DNA from: Octopus bimaculoides
Lineage: Eukaryota
Length of the DNA: 34,764 bases
Direction: 5' to 3'
Assembly: GCF_001194135.2 (NCBI RefSeq)
Contig: NC_068984.1
Coordinates: 9,451,865-9,486,628, forward strand
Positions 1 to 12,230 of the stretch are shown in pieces. The notes under the pieces are model-generated. The model ran no database searches. It worked only from the letters and a program-made list of their open reading frames with translations, and was not told where the DNA came from. The position numbers and the translations under genes were made by a program. Within the stretch, counting starts at the first letter, position 1; the number at the start of each line of letters is the position of its first letter.

Positions 1-46
<46 letters not shown>

Positions 47-47
47 G

Positions 48-170
48 ATAGATTTCTTCCAGTTTGTGTTCATTGAAGGCTTTGGTCGGTCAATGGCTAT
101 TGTAGAAGAACTGATCCCGGAACTATGTGGTTAAGAAACAAACTTCTTACCACACATCCACGCCAGCACC
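48..170 (-). mobile_element. SINE family A, degenerate
   Basis: Reverse complement of the family A head (cttcttaccacaca, aaggctttggtcgg). Confidence 0.7.
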
Positions 171-319
171 TTTGTTTAGAAAAATATAAAACTCACTTGA
201 TTTAATATAATAGACACAAAGGATAAGTTGGGGCTTTCATAAGTTCCTCGGAAATATATCAAAGATAAGTTGTGGGATTAAAGAGGGAATCGACCAGACT
301 GTCTCGGGTCCTAAGATTC

Positions 320-500
320 ATAGGATCAGTTGCCCGGGTCCCATGATGTGTAAGTGAGCAAAATCACAACCCCTCTTCTTGAAAAGAATACCAGTCCATC
401 TCAAGGTTACTCGTTTACAACTAAATAGATTGGATCAACGTGAAATGAAGTGTCTTGCTCAAGAACACACCGAGACCTAACCACCAGGCTACGCGCCTTC
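320..500 (-). mobile_element. SINE family C-like, internally deleted
   Basis: caacgtgaaatgaagtgtcttgctcaagaacac...taaccaccaggctacgcgccttcac. Confidence 0.65.
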
Positions 501-676
501 ACGGAAATCGAAAACGGTTTGCGAATTCGGTTATTCAAGGAACTCAGAGATTTCTAAAAGGAAATAAAGCAACGCAAGAATACAACATAGGAAGTGGCTG
601 TGGCTGAATTATGGAAACTCGATTACTTTCAGTGTAAGGCGAGTAATGGTTTTCTTTATTATTCCTAATCTTTCGG

Positions 677-724
677 ATTGGCTGGGCGTGGTACTTTATA
701 AGGGTCATGAGTTCAACGTTCATC
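677..724 (+). promoter_or_regulatory. Candidate Pol II core promoter: reverse CCAAT box, GC box, TATA-like box
   Basis: ATTGG 677-681, GGGCGTGG 684-691, TTTATAAG 695-702 in canonical order and tight spacing, followed by CpG-containing unique sequence to about 1040. Confidence 0.35.
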
Positions 725-1317
725 AAAAGGGCCGCGATACTTGCTTTAACTCTGATTATGGATATGGGCGTTTATTGGTGATACAGTTCTTTGAAATCCA
801 TTGATAACTTTGCTTCGAGATCCTTTAATAATAACCGGTCGAAGTTCAAGGTTTCTTAACTCTATGGTTTACTAACCCAACATTTCCTTATGATTATATT
901 AATATTTAATATTTCCGTCCATTAACCGATAATGAGATCTGAAATAGTCTGCGAGGATCCTATTGCAGACACACTCGTCGTCTGTTTGTGTTCGTTCATG
1001 TATTGCTTTATAATGGTGCGTGAGCGCGTGTGCGATATATTCAAATAAAGGCGAGAAAATTATTGATTTCATACACAGACAGTTGGCCTTAAAACTACAA
1101 AGTTACAGAGGGAAGTAAATGAAATGCTGTGGCGTTTAAACCTTGTCTATGGCTGTGAACAATGTCATTTAAGTGCATTTGTTACAATTAAATTGAAACT
1201 ACGTAAGGGAGGGATTCTACTCATCTCTACAGTTCTCAGCAATAATTCTGTGCTTTTGTAAATTACATGTGACATTGGGATGTCCATTCAATTTCTATGG
1301 TTATTAATGAAGTACAG

Positions 1318-1755
1318 ATAATCTTTTCTACTCTAAGCACAAGGCCCGAACATTTTGGGGTGGGGGCCAGTCGATTACATCGACCCCAGTGCGTAGCTGG
1401 TACTTAATTTATCGACTACGAAAGGATGAAAGGCAGAGTCGACCTCGGCGGAATTTGAACTCAGAACGCAAAGACTGATGAAATACCGCTAAGCATTTAG
1501 CCCGGTTGGCTAAAGTTTCTGATTTCTTTCCTGCCCACAAGGGGCTACACTCTGAGGGGGACAAACAAGGACAGACAAACGGGTTAAGTCGATTATATCG
1601 ACCCCAGTGCTTAATTGATACTTATTTAATTGAGCCCGAAAGGATGAAAGGCAAAGTCGACCTCGGCGGAATTTGAACTCACAACGAAAAGACAAACGAA
1701 ATACCGCTCAGCATTTCGCCCGGTCTGCTAACGTTTCTGCCATCTCCCCGCCTTA
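1318..1755 (-). mobile_element. Two tandem family B tRNA-derived SINEs
   Basis: Repeated gaaaggatgaaaggcaaagtcgacctcggcggaatttgaactc block at about 1420 and 1640. Confidence 0.9.
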
Positions 1756-2116
1756 ATAAATCAATTAAATATTGATTTCTTCTGATAAGTTGCAAGTTAT
1801 AAGCATGGTGGTAGAATCGATTGAAGCTTTAGCATTTGATTCTGGACATTGATTTAGTAGGATCGGTCGAGCGTCAGACAAAATGAATCGCAGTGTTGGA
1901 ACAGCCACTTATATTCGACTTCAAATTCTGCCGAAATCATCTTTCATTATTGACCAAGCATTGGCTTAACTGTGTAATTAACAAATTCGCTTTGCGGATA
2001 CATGGTTTTTCAGTTCAATCCCACTGCGTAACACTGTCTACTGTAACCCCGGCCGATAAATGCCTTGAGTTAATTTAGTAGATAGAAACTGTGAGGAAGC
2101 CCGTCATATATATATA

Positions 2117-2497
2117 GGAGTGGCTGTGTGGTAAGTAGCTTGCTTACCAACCACATGGTCCCGGGTTCAGTCCCATTGCGTGGCATCTTGGGCAAGTGTC
2201 TTCTACTATAGCCTCGGGCCGACCAAAAGCCTTGTGAGTGGATTTGGTAGACGGAAACTGAAAGAAGCCTGTCGTATATATGTATATATATATGTATGTG
2301 TGTATGTGTTTGTATGTCTGTGTTTGTCCCCCCAACATCGTTTGACAACCGATGCTAGTGTGTTTATGTCCCCGTAACTTAGCGGTTCGGCAAAAGAGAC
2401 CGATAGAATAAGTACTAGGCTTCCAAAGAATAAGTCCTCGGGTCGATTTGCTCGACTAAAGGCGGTGCTCCAGCATGGCCACAGTCAAAAGATTGAA
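2117..2497 (+). mobile_element. tRNA-derived SINE, family A, near full length and cut by a gap
   Basis: Head ggagtggctgtgtggtaag...ggttcagtccc, internal (TA/TG)n, tail gactaaaggcggtgctccagcatggcc; many copies in the window. Confidence 0.9.
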
Positions 2498-3334
2498 NNN
2501 NNNNNNNNNNNNNNNNNNNNNNNNNNNNNNNNNNNNNNNNNNNNNNNNNNNNNNNNNNNNNNNNNNNNNNNNNNNNNNNNNNNNNNNNNNNNNNNNNNNN
2601 NNNNNNNNNNNNNNNNNNNNNNNNNNNNNNNNNNNNNNNNNNNNNNNNNNNNNNNNNNNNNNNNNNNNNNNNNNNNNNNNNNNNNNNNNNNNNNNNNNNN
2701 NNNNNNNNNNNNNNNNNNNNNNNNNNNNNNNNNNNNNNNNNNNNNNNNNNNNNNNNNNNNNNNNNNNNNNNNNNNNNNNNNNNNNNNNNNNNNNNNNNNN
2801 NNNNNNNNNNNNNNNNNNNNNNNNNNNNNNNNNNNNNNNNNNNNNNNNNNNNNNNNNNNNNNNNNNNNNNNNNNNNNNNNNNNNNNNNNNNNNNNNNNNN
2901 NNNNNNNNNNNNNNNNNNNNNNNNNNNNNNNNNNNNNNNNNNNNNNNNNNNNNNNNNNNNNNNNNNNNNNNNNNNNNNNNNNNNNNNNNNNNNNNNNNNN
3001 NNNNNNNNNNNNNNNNNNNNNNNNNNNNNNNNNNNNNNNNNNNNNNNNNNNNNNNNNNNNNNNNNNNNNNNNNNNNNNNNNNNNNNNNNNNNNNNNNNNN
3101 NNNNNNNNNNNNNNNNNNNNNNNNNNNNNNNNNNNNNNNNNNNNNNNNNNNNNNNNNNNNNNNNNNNNNNNNNNNNNNNNNNNNNNNNNNNNNATATATA
3201 TATACATATATATATATGTATGCATGTATGTATGTATGTATGTATGTATACAGTAATCATTCGCCATATCACGATTCATCTATCGCGGTCTATTATTTAA
3301 GCTTACGTCGACTCCCCCGTGGTGTTGTTTTGCT

Positions 3335-3535
3335 GTGCACAGTTTCTCTTCTATATCCCAAATCATTGTATCAGGTCTGTTGTGTCTACATTTTATTGAG
3401 GTCGTCACTGGTACATTCCACGAGTCTTCTTTTTTATTATGAATGGCTATGTCTTCTACCATAATGTGAGTTCTTATTTCTTTATCCACCGATTACCCTT
3501 TCGACGGATCTCGTTATACAGTGTCCTAGTTAAAT
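3335..3535 (-). mobile_element. REL-type LINE fragment embedded in (TATG)n
   Basis: DDLTRTLYNEIRR (RHD-region-like) and WNVPVTTSIKCRHNRPDTMIWDIEEKLCT (PD nuclease motif). Confidence 0.7.
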
Positions 3536-5274
3536 CATCATGTATGTATATATGCATGTATGTTATGTATATGTGTATGTATGCATATATGGAAGAGGTT
3601 ACAGCACAGTTTGTTTGTAAGAATCACCGAAATTCCAAATAACTCTGCCTAACCCTTGCTGCGCATTGGGATCGAACTCAAAACCTACAACGTGAAGGTT
3701 AAACGTACTTCTTAAATCACATGCTTACATCTCTTCTTATTATACATACATACATTTGTGCATGTGCGTAAACCCATATACATATATATATATATATATA
3801 NNNNNNNNNNNNNNNNNNNNNNNNNNNNNNNNNNNNNNNNNNNNNNNNNNNNNNNNNNNNNNNNNNNNNNNNNNNNNNNNNNNNNNNNNNNNNNNNNNNN
3901 NNNNNNNNNNNNNNNNNNNNNNNNNNNNNNNNNNNNNNNNNNNNNNNNNNNNNNNNNNNNNNNNNNNNNNNNNNNNNNNNNNNNNNNNNNNNNNNNNNNN
4001 NNNNNNNNNNNNNNNNNNNNNNNNNNNNNNNNNNNNNNNNNNNNNNNNNNNNNNNNNNNNNNNNNNNNNNNNNNNNNNNNNNNNNNNNNNNNNNNNNNNN
4101 NNNNNNNNNNNNNNNNNNNNNNNNNNNNNNNNNNNNNNNNNNNNNNNNNNNNNNNNNNNNNNNNNNNNNNNNNNNNNNNNNNNNNNNNNNNNNNNNNNNN
4201 NNNNNNNNNNNNNNNNNNNNNNNNNNNNNNNNNNNNNNNNNNNNNNNNNNNNNNNNNNNNNNNNNNNNNNNNNNNNNNNNNNNNNNNNNNNNNNNNNNNN
4301 NNNNNNNNNNNNNNNNNNNNNNNNNNNNNNNNNNNNNNNNNNNNNNNNNNNNNNNNNNNNNNNNNNNNNNNNNNNNNNNNNNNNNNNNNNNNNNNNNNNN
4401 NNNNNNNNNNNNNNNNNNNNNNNNNNNNNNNNNNNNNNNNNNNNNNNNNNNNNNNNNNNNNNNNNNNNNNNNNNNNNNNNNNNNNNNNNNNNNNNNNNNN
4501 NNNNNNNNNNNNNNNNNNNNNNNNNNNNNNNNNNNNNNNNNNNNNNNNNNNNNNNNNNNNNNNNNNNNNNNNNNNNNNNNNNNNNNNNNNNNNNNNNNNN
4601 NNNNNNNNNNNNNNNNNNNNNNNNNNNNNNNNNNNNNNNNNNNNNNNNNNNNNNNNNNNNNNNNNNNNNNNNNNNNNNNNNNNNNNNNNNNNNNNNNNNN
4701 NNNNNNNNNNNNNNNNNNNNNNNNNNNNNNNNNNNNNNNNNNNNNNNNNNNNNNNNNNNNNNNNNNNNNNNNNNNNNNNNNNNNNNNNNNNNNNNNNNTA
4801 TATATATATATATATATCTAATATCGTGTAAATAAAATTTATTCATACATTTAATCATAACCATCGTTTAAATGGGAGATTATTTCTGATAAATACGCAA
4901 AAAAGGAACCTTTCCATTGTTATCAGATATTCTACATTTATAATATATTTGTTCATTTACGTATATATTTTGTGTGCGTAGGATAAATCGTGTTTCTGAA
5001 AGGTAGAATAAAGTGAATTTTTGTCTGATACTGTATAGACAAAAATCATGAAACACTTTTACGAAACATTCCATAGACTGAACAATTTTATTCTTCACGG
5101 ACGCCACTCAAGTAATAATTAAACAGCTAGGTAGAGGGAAACATTTAATGGCTAACTCATTCACGTTGCAACTACATTAAGACATGCTGTAATTAGTAAT
5201 TTTTTTTATCAGTGATAATAATTTTTTCATCTGAATTCATGGGAGATAACTCCTATTTTAGATACTCACCAATA

Positions 5275-5350
5275 TATATTGTATTTGTCGGCGTATAAGA
5301 CGCACTCTGACATTAGACGCCCCCCTTTTTACACAGGTATTTTTAGTGGA
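5275..5350 (+). mobile_element. Possible Tc1/pogo-like MITE terminus remnant
   Basis: gtatttgtcggcgtataagacgcac resembles a common Tc1/pogo TIR start; the partner end was not found. Confidence 0.3.
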
Positions 5351-6210
5351 AAAAAAAAACTAATTCAGTATATTTCATCATACACTTACTGAAAGCTATT
5401 TTAAAGTGATTCTTGTAGGGAGATAATGTATGCGTTTGTGCGTGGAAATACAATGCTGTGACAGAGTACTGGAATAAAGAATGAAGTCGTAATTCGATAA
5501 TATACAATCTACGCTATACCATTAGTGTATTTCATTTTTTTTTTTTTTGGTGGGGGGGTTCAAATCAACGGCATAGATTTATTTTATATTTTTGCCGAGA
5601 GAATTGTCAAATTTTTTAAAACTCGTATGTTGGAGCATGGTGCTTTCCGTTACGGTAATTAGCAGTAATTAATTAGAACAGCGGTTCTTAAACAATGTGT
5701 TATGAGTTTGGTTCTCAAACGGGATCCATATAAGATTTTGTCGTTAAAATTTATGCACAAAAAAATTGGTTATATTTCTACGATACACAAAATATCTTGA
5801 CAATTTTTCATACAATTCCNNNNNNNNNNNNNNNNNNNNNNNNNNNNNNNNNNNNNNNNNNNNNNNNNNNNNNNNNNNNNNNNNNNNNNNNNNNNNNNNN
5901 NNNNNNNNNNNNNNNNNNNNNNNNNNNNNNNNNNNNNNNNNNNNNNNNNNNNNNNNNNNNNNNNNNNNNNNNNNNNNNNNNNNNNNNNNNNNNNNNNNNN
6001 NNNNNNNNNNNNNNNNNNNNNNNNNNNNNNNNNNNNNNNNNNNNNNNNNNNNNNNNNNNNNNNNNNNNNNNNNNNNNNNNNNNNNNNNNNNNNNNNNNNN
6101 NNNNNNNNNNNNNNNNNNNNNNNNNNNNNNNNNNNNNNNNNNNNNNNNNNNNNNNNNNNNNNNNNNNNNNNNNNNNNNNNNNNNNNNNNNNNNNNNNNNN
6201 NNNNNNNNNN

Positions 6211-6410
6211 GAGCTGGCAGAAATGCTAGCACTCCGGGCGAAATGCTTAGCGGTATTTCGTCTGTCTTTACGTTCTGAGTTCAAATTGCGCCGAGGTCGA
6301 CTTTTCCTTTCATCCTTTCGGGGTCGATAAAATAAGGACAAGTTGCTAGCTGGAGTCGATCTGGTCCCCGTCCCTCAAAATTTCGGGCCTTATGCCTAGG
6401 GTTGAAAAGA
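6211..6410 (+). mobile_element. SINE family B
   Basis: gagctggcagaaatgctagc...gagttcaaatt...gaggtcgacttt. Confidence 0.9.
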
Positions 6411-6754
6411 TAGTTTTGTTACCTTTTTCAAAGTGATCCCGTAATATTTTTTTTCATATGAAGTGCGCCAATAATTTTGTTGATAAATCTCCAGTTTACC
6501 ATGAATTCAGAAAAGATTGCGATTCACTGAAGTAGAACATTAAGTTAATCATATTTAGATACTCATATAAAGCGTGAAATGGTTTCTGACTAAGGCAAAA
6601 GGCCAGCAATTTTGAGGAGAGGGGTTAGTCGATTGCATCGACTCCAGCAATTGGCAGGTACTTTACTCTATTGACCGTAGATGGAAGAGTTTTCTAGAAA
6701 ATATTAGTTACAGAAAATCTTGCTGCAAATCTTGCTATGAGACGGTGGAGTAAT

Positions 6755-6915
6755 GTGACCTTCCTGCAAGGTTGAAGTTATTGGTGATCTTCCCGCAAGA
6801 CTATAAAGTAATGAGAGATATCCCTACAAGACTATGGGATGTTGTGGGCTTCCTGCAAGACTGGAAGAAGTGTCGATTTTCCTGCAATACTACTTGGTGA
6901 CCTTCTTGAAAGACT
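6755..6915 (+). repeat. Degenerate minisatellite: six copies of a 19-nt core GTGACCTTCCTGCAAGACT
   Basis: Starts 6755, 6784, 6815, 6844, 6873, 6897; 14-17 of 19 positions match. Confidence 0.8.
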
Positions 6916-7479
6916 GCAGACTAATCAGACATCTTTCCACTTTCCTCCTCAGTACAAAGAATTAGTAATAGGCAACAACGATATAAGATAAACAGAAAAT
7001 CGGCGCAGGCGTGGCAATGTTGTAAAAAGCTTGCTTCTCAAACACATAGTTCTGGGTTCAGTGAACTAACATGACTTGTCCGCATTTGTAAGTATAAGTT
7101 AATTTATTTGTAATAACTTGTAAGCACCCAATCATTTTGTTGTGGGGCATTACGATAAAGATCTTCCCCTGTTGTGTTGGTAGCCCTGACAAAGTTGTAA
7201 TACCATGTTTATAACCTCTCCGATTTTATAGTGTTGTGTGCTTTGTATACTTATTATCAATGCCTTAGAAAAAAATTTAGAGAAGTGAAACACCTAGAAA
7301 TACAGCACAGATTTAACCTAAGCTGAAATTTTGCACACCCCGTTGTTTTGTTTATTGGAACAAGATTAGGAGGTAGGAGCATCAAAATTGTAACTTTCGA
7401 AAAATTACCTATTGCTAAGTGCCACTACAATATACATACATACATACATACATACATACATACATGTATATATGTGTGT

Positions 7480-7715
7480 ATGTGTGTGTCTGTGTTGTCT
7501 CCCACTTCCGCTTGACAACGAGTGTTGGTGTGTTTACGTCCCCGTAACTTAGCAGTTCGGTGGAAGATATCGATAGAATAAGCACCAGACTTTAAAAAAC
7601 GGAATAAATACTAGTTTCGATTCATTCAACCAAAAGATTCCTCCAGGTGGTGCCCCAGCATGACCGAAGTCTATTGACTGAAACAAATAAAAGATAACAA
7701 GCAAACCATGAAAGA
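7480..7715 (+). mobile_element. SINE family A, 3' half
   Basis: gcttgacaac...cgtaacttagc...gatagaataag...ccagcatgaccg...gactgaaac. Confidence 0.8.
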
Positions 7716-8228
7716 TAAAAGAAAGGCGATAAAATAAAAATGGAAAATGTCTTGTTAGCATTCATTTGCTTTTTATAGTCTTTTAAATGTAAACACTCAA
7801 AAGGAAAAAATATTGCCGCATCACAATGTTTACACATTTTTAAACAAAGTGAAACGTGCTAATACAATAAAAAGTGATATGAGAGACGGTGTGTAGCAAT
7901 GAGATGTCCTGCGGGTCTAACATTATTTTTTATTACACATTCATAAATTTATTCTCTCTTGTATCAATAAATATTTGTGTAATTGCAATTAGTTTTGGTT
8001 TCGTTTGTTTGTTGGTTTTATAGTTTAATGTAAACGTATGTTAGTCGTTCAATTACAGGTTAACCAGCAACAACTTTAATTTTCGTTCATTTTCTTGTTG
8101 TTGTTGTTGTTGTTGTTGTTGCTTTTGCTATTGTTGTCTTTCTTGCTATTGTTGCAAATGTTGACCAGCTGAAGGTCATCCCTGACGAAGAGAAATATCA
8201 ACGAAAGCGTTCTTTATTTTCATTATTA

Positions 8229-8615
8229 CAGTACAACATCGCAGTACGAGTACCCCATTGTACGAGGAGTAATTTGCTGTACGATCTGAGATTCTTGCGA
8301 ATTTTTGTCTTGAAGTACGAACCGAAATCCGCGGCACGAGCACACAAATCATCCCATCTTTAAGGTAATTCAGTTAAAAAACCAGTTTACATATTTCTTT
8401 CGCATTCTGTTTTTTATAATTGTCATTTTACTTGTAACTGCACCTTTTCTGTTTTAAAACCCCTAAAAAATAATTTATGAGTGATTTTGCGGGACTAGAA
8501 CGGATTAATTATATTTTAGTTAATTTCAATGGGGAAAATTGATTTATAAAACGAGTAAATCGTAAGACGAGCTCAGTCATGGAACGAATTAAACTCGTAC
8601 TGCGAGGTATCACTG
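8229..8615. mobile_element. pogo/Tigger-like non-autonomous DNA transposon (MITE), 387 bp
   Basis: Termini ta-CAGTACAACATCGCAGTACGAGT ... ACTCGTACTGCGAGGTATCACTG-ta; 23-bp TIR with 4 mismatches; TA target duplication. Confidence 0.78.
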
Positions 8616-8634
8616 TACTGTGTTCCCATCTAAG

Positions 8635-9045
8635 ACAGCAAGCTGACAGAATCGTTAGCACGCCTTACGTTCTGAGTTCAAATGCGGCCGAGGTCCACTT
8701 TACCTTTCATTGTTTCGGGATCGTTAAAAAAAAGTACCAGAAGAGTACTGGAGGCCAATTTAATCGACTTCGCCCCCCCCCCCAAAAAAACTGCAGGCCT
8801 TGTACCAGAATTTGAAACCATCATAATTATGTCCCCCTCATCTCTACCCCTGTGGAAAACAAAAGAAACAATCGTCATCATAGCCATCATCCTTAGAACA
8901 GCACGCCGGACAAAGTGCTTAGCGGTAATTCGTCCGACTAGACGTTCTAAGTACCAGTCGAGCAATGGAGATCGATATAATCGATGTAATTAACAAACTC
9001 CCTTCCCCAAAATTACTGGCCTTGTGCCAAAATTTGAAATCACTA
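8635..9045 (+). mobile_element. Two family B SINE copies with ATT-rich tails
   Basis: Heads at about 8640 and 8895; both end ggccttgt.c.a.aatttgaaa followed by ATT-rich sequence. Confidence 0.8.
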
Positions 9046-9085
9046 TTAGTATTATTATTATGATTATTATTATTATTATTATTAT

Positions 9086-9867
9086 TGTTCAGTAGTTTTA
9101 TTTTTATAACATGCTTTCACTTCACTACCGAGCGCAGCTCTGTGTGCCTTGGGTATGTGCTGTGGTTTGCTGTGATGCTCTTATGGTTACTGTATTGAAA
9201 GTGTTTTGCGTAGGATGTGTGCAGTGCCCAGTAGTGCAATTTTCTGTGTGTTATATATATTTGTAAGTCCTGATGTTTTTGTTACGTATTTGTCTGAATA
9301 TTTTTTTTTATTATACCTAAGGCACCTACTATGATAGGAATTGTTTCTGTTTTTAGATTTCACATTCGAGTTATCTCTATTTCCAGGTCTTTGTATTTTG
9401 AAAGTTTTTCCATTTCTTTTAGAGAAACATTGTCATCTTCTGGTATTGATACATCAATTAGAAATCCTTTTTTTCCTTTCATGATCTCTCACAATTATAT
9501 CTGGCCTATTTGCCTTAATTTCTCTATCTGTGTGTATTGGCATATCCCAGAGTATGGTTGCTTTCTCGTTTTCTGTGACCTTTTCTGGCGTGTGTTTATA
9601 CCATCTTTTTTCTGTTGTTATTCTATAGTGTTGGCATAGCTTCCAGTGTATGTAGGTCCCAGCTCTGTCGAGTCTGTGAATATATTCCTTCTTAGCCAGG
9701 ACTGGGCAGCCAGAGATAATACGGTTTATTGTTTCTTATTCATCGCCACATATTCTGCAGTTACTTGTTATGTTTCTTTCCTAGAGTGGAGTTTTTTCGG
9801 TCTTTCATGTTTTTCAACAAGTTTTAGCATCCAATCGCTGGTTGTTTCAAGGTATTTGGCCATTTCT
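9086..9867 (-). mobile_element. 5'-truncated R4/Dong-like LINE (REL endonuclease C-terminus and 3' UTR) flanked by (TAA)n on both sides
   Basis: Minus-strand translation includes ILWDMPIHTDREIKANRPDIIVRDHE..FLIDVSIPEDDNVSLKEMEKLSKYKDLEIEITRM and QKIALLGTAHILRKTLSIQ*. Confidence 0.9.
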
Positions 9868-10020
<153 letters not shown>

Positions 10021-10599
10021 TTGTTGTTACTGTTGCGGTTTTTGTTGTCGCTGATTTGTCAAGAATTACCTTATCCAACGTATCCTTTTTAAAAACGAAT
10101 GGACGTTATTCCTGAGTATTTTTACTTCTATTTTTAGCGGACTGAGTGACCAACTATATGATTGTATGTTGTTTCTGCAATATTATTCTATAGTAATTTG
10201 ACCCTCTCATGTCTGTCTGAACGTTAACGATGTCAGACATTTTCCCCCGCCATCGATAGCTAAGACTATTTCATATTACACCACTTATTTGCCATAAACT
10301 GTTATCGTAAGCATTGTTTACGACAATATTCGGTCTTATGGGATTACCGGAACTATCAATCATGAAGCGACCATTAATCAAATTCGAAAGAAACACGAAT
10401 TAATTCTGCAAAATACAGGAATTCCGAAGGACAGATAGAAATTGAATCAGCAATAAATATTGTTAGCAACATATTGTAGATACATAATTATATTCTGCGT
10501 TCACACATTATTTTAGCTTTCATGAGCCAAAGCGGGCACCGCAGCGTGGTTGTTTCAACTGCTAGAAATAGCTCCAAGTTAATTTCTCTCAAACAGAAT

Positions 10600-10740
10600 C
10601 GCATTGCAACTATGTGGCTTCGAATTCAGCCCCGCAGCACGAAACCTTGGGTTAGTGTCTTCTACTATAGCTCCGCACTGACCAATACCTTGTGAGAGAA
10701 TTTGATAGGCGGAAACTGTATGGGAACTGGATGTGTATCG
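10600..10740 (+). mobile_element. SINE family A, degenerate 5' half
   Basis: gtgtcttctactatagc...ccttgtgag...ggaaactg. Confidence 0.6.
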
Positions 10741-10749
10741 CTATGATTG

Positions 10750-10935
10750 ACCGCTAACTCCACAAGTTTTTTTTATTCTCTGTTTATTCCCTCGTGTTCC
10801 TTTTTGTTGAAGAGCGTAAGCTCGAAACATAAAAGACTTTCTCACCTTCCGAGCGTCAAACTAATACACTTGCTTGTTGCTTATACACCTGTCTTCGTCT
10901 TTTGTTTTTCTGTAAATTTCAAATATATATATATA
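10750..10935 (+). mobile_element. Penelope-like element 3' tail ending in (AT)n, with a hammerhead-like core
   Basis: TTGAAGAGCGTAAGCTCGAAAC at 10807-10828; homologous inverted copy at 22880-23045. Confidence 0.5.
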
Positions 10936-11257
10936 ACAAACGGTAAGGCAAGGCAAACATCTCAAGTCATATACAATAGTATTATAGGAAGAACCTTCAA
11001 AATCTTACAGCTGTTTCTGGGGTATACCTGAGTATGGGATATTCCGTCATCAGAGACAAATAGGGGGAATGAGAAGGGTATATATTAATGAGATGACAAC
11101 ATAGAGGAAGGGAGTAAAAGAATAAGGAGATGGAAAGAAAGAAGAAAAAAGAAGCATAAAAGTTCATAGTTCAACTTATAGAAGCCAGAGCATGAGTCCT
11201 TAGGTGCAATCCTGCGTTGATCTATGTGGGTTAAAATCCTGATATAGTAGACATCCA

Positions 11258-11300
11258 GAGATAGACAGACAAGGACAGACAGACAGACAGACAGACAGAC

Positions 11301-11366
<66 letters not shown>

Positions 11367-11371
11367 GCAGG

Positions 11372-11429
<58 letters not shown>

Positions 11430-11444
11430 TAGAGACAGACAGAC

Positions 11445-11500
<56 letters not shown>
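11258..11500. repeat. (AGAT)n/(AGAC)n compound microsatellite
   Basis: Direct reading. Confidence 0.98.
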
Positions 11501-11983
11501 GAATATAGTCGATTGAATGAGCATCTATTTACTGCTAGTACTCACATTACTGGTCACAATTCCACGAATCTGGGCCAGTCAATGGAAACGAACATATAAC
11601 TCGCTGATAGTCACTGAAATTCATAGCTGGCCGATCAGGTTTTACACGCAATAGTGATGTCGTTATAAGGGCATTATTCTGCATCGGTGACTGCAGTTTA
11701 TACACGAGAAACTGGCAACTCGTGAAGAGCTTCAGCTAACCGAATAAATAGATAACGTGGTGAGAGACATCCACAGCGATGGAAGCAGCGGGATATCTTA
11801 TAATTGATGAGGGTTCGAAACAAACGCCCTTTTTTTTTTTGCTTTTTTTTAATCAAAAATTGAAAATGAAGCAAATTATGGAGAAAAGGTAAAATATATG
11901 GCAGTTATGAGGAAACAATCAATCATTTTGGCTTTTCACTGCATTTTTGGATTCTCTACCTCATCCAAAACAGAGCGTGCGCT

Positions 11984-12047
11984 TGTGTGTGTGTGTGTGT
12001 GCGTGTGTGTGTGTTTGCGTGTGTGCGTGTGCGTGCGCGTGTGCATT

Positions 12048-12095
<48 letters not shown>
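11984..12095. repeat. (GT)n microsatellite
   Basis: Direct reading. Confidence 0.98.
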
Positions 12096-12097
<2 letters not shown>

Positions 12098-12136
12098 TCT
12101 TTTTCTGTCCTAACCTTGACTTATATTCTTTATTGT

Positions 12137-12230
12137 GAAGGCGCATGGCTCAGTGGTTAGAGCGTCGAGCTTACGATCATGAACTTGTGAGTTCGATTCC
12201 CGGACTGGGCTGTGTGTTGTGTCCTTGAGC
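12137..12230 (+). mobile_element. tRNA-derived SINE head, family C
   Basis: A box TGGCTCAGTGG, B box GAGTTCGATTCC, then SINE body tgtgtgttgtgtccttgagc. Confidence 0.85.

Noticed and set aside
6755-6915. CRISPR-like repeat/spacer look
   Set aside because: Repeats are degenerate, spacers are only 5-12 nt, there are no cas genes, and the context is eukaryotic
8075-8183. Minus-strand acceptor tttctcttcgtcag| with frame DDLQLVNICNNSKKDNN...* and downstream AATAAA
   Set aside because: Largely a (CAA)n tract; no upstream partner exon can be supported
10279-10437. 46-codon plus frame ...YDNIRSYGITGTINHE... and an opposite-strand acceptor
   Set aside because: No start or splice support on plus; all minus frames stop within 11 codons
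11803-11822. TTGATGAGGGTTCGAAAC hammerhead-like core
   Set aside because: No UH site or stem I/III pairing follows
12137-12230. tRNA-like sequences here and at 27640 and 28021
   Set aside because: A and B boxes are present but there is no acceptor-stem closure, and each continues into a SINE body
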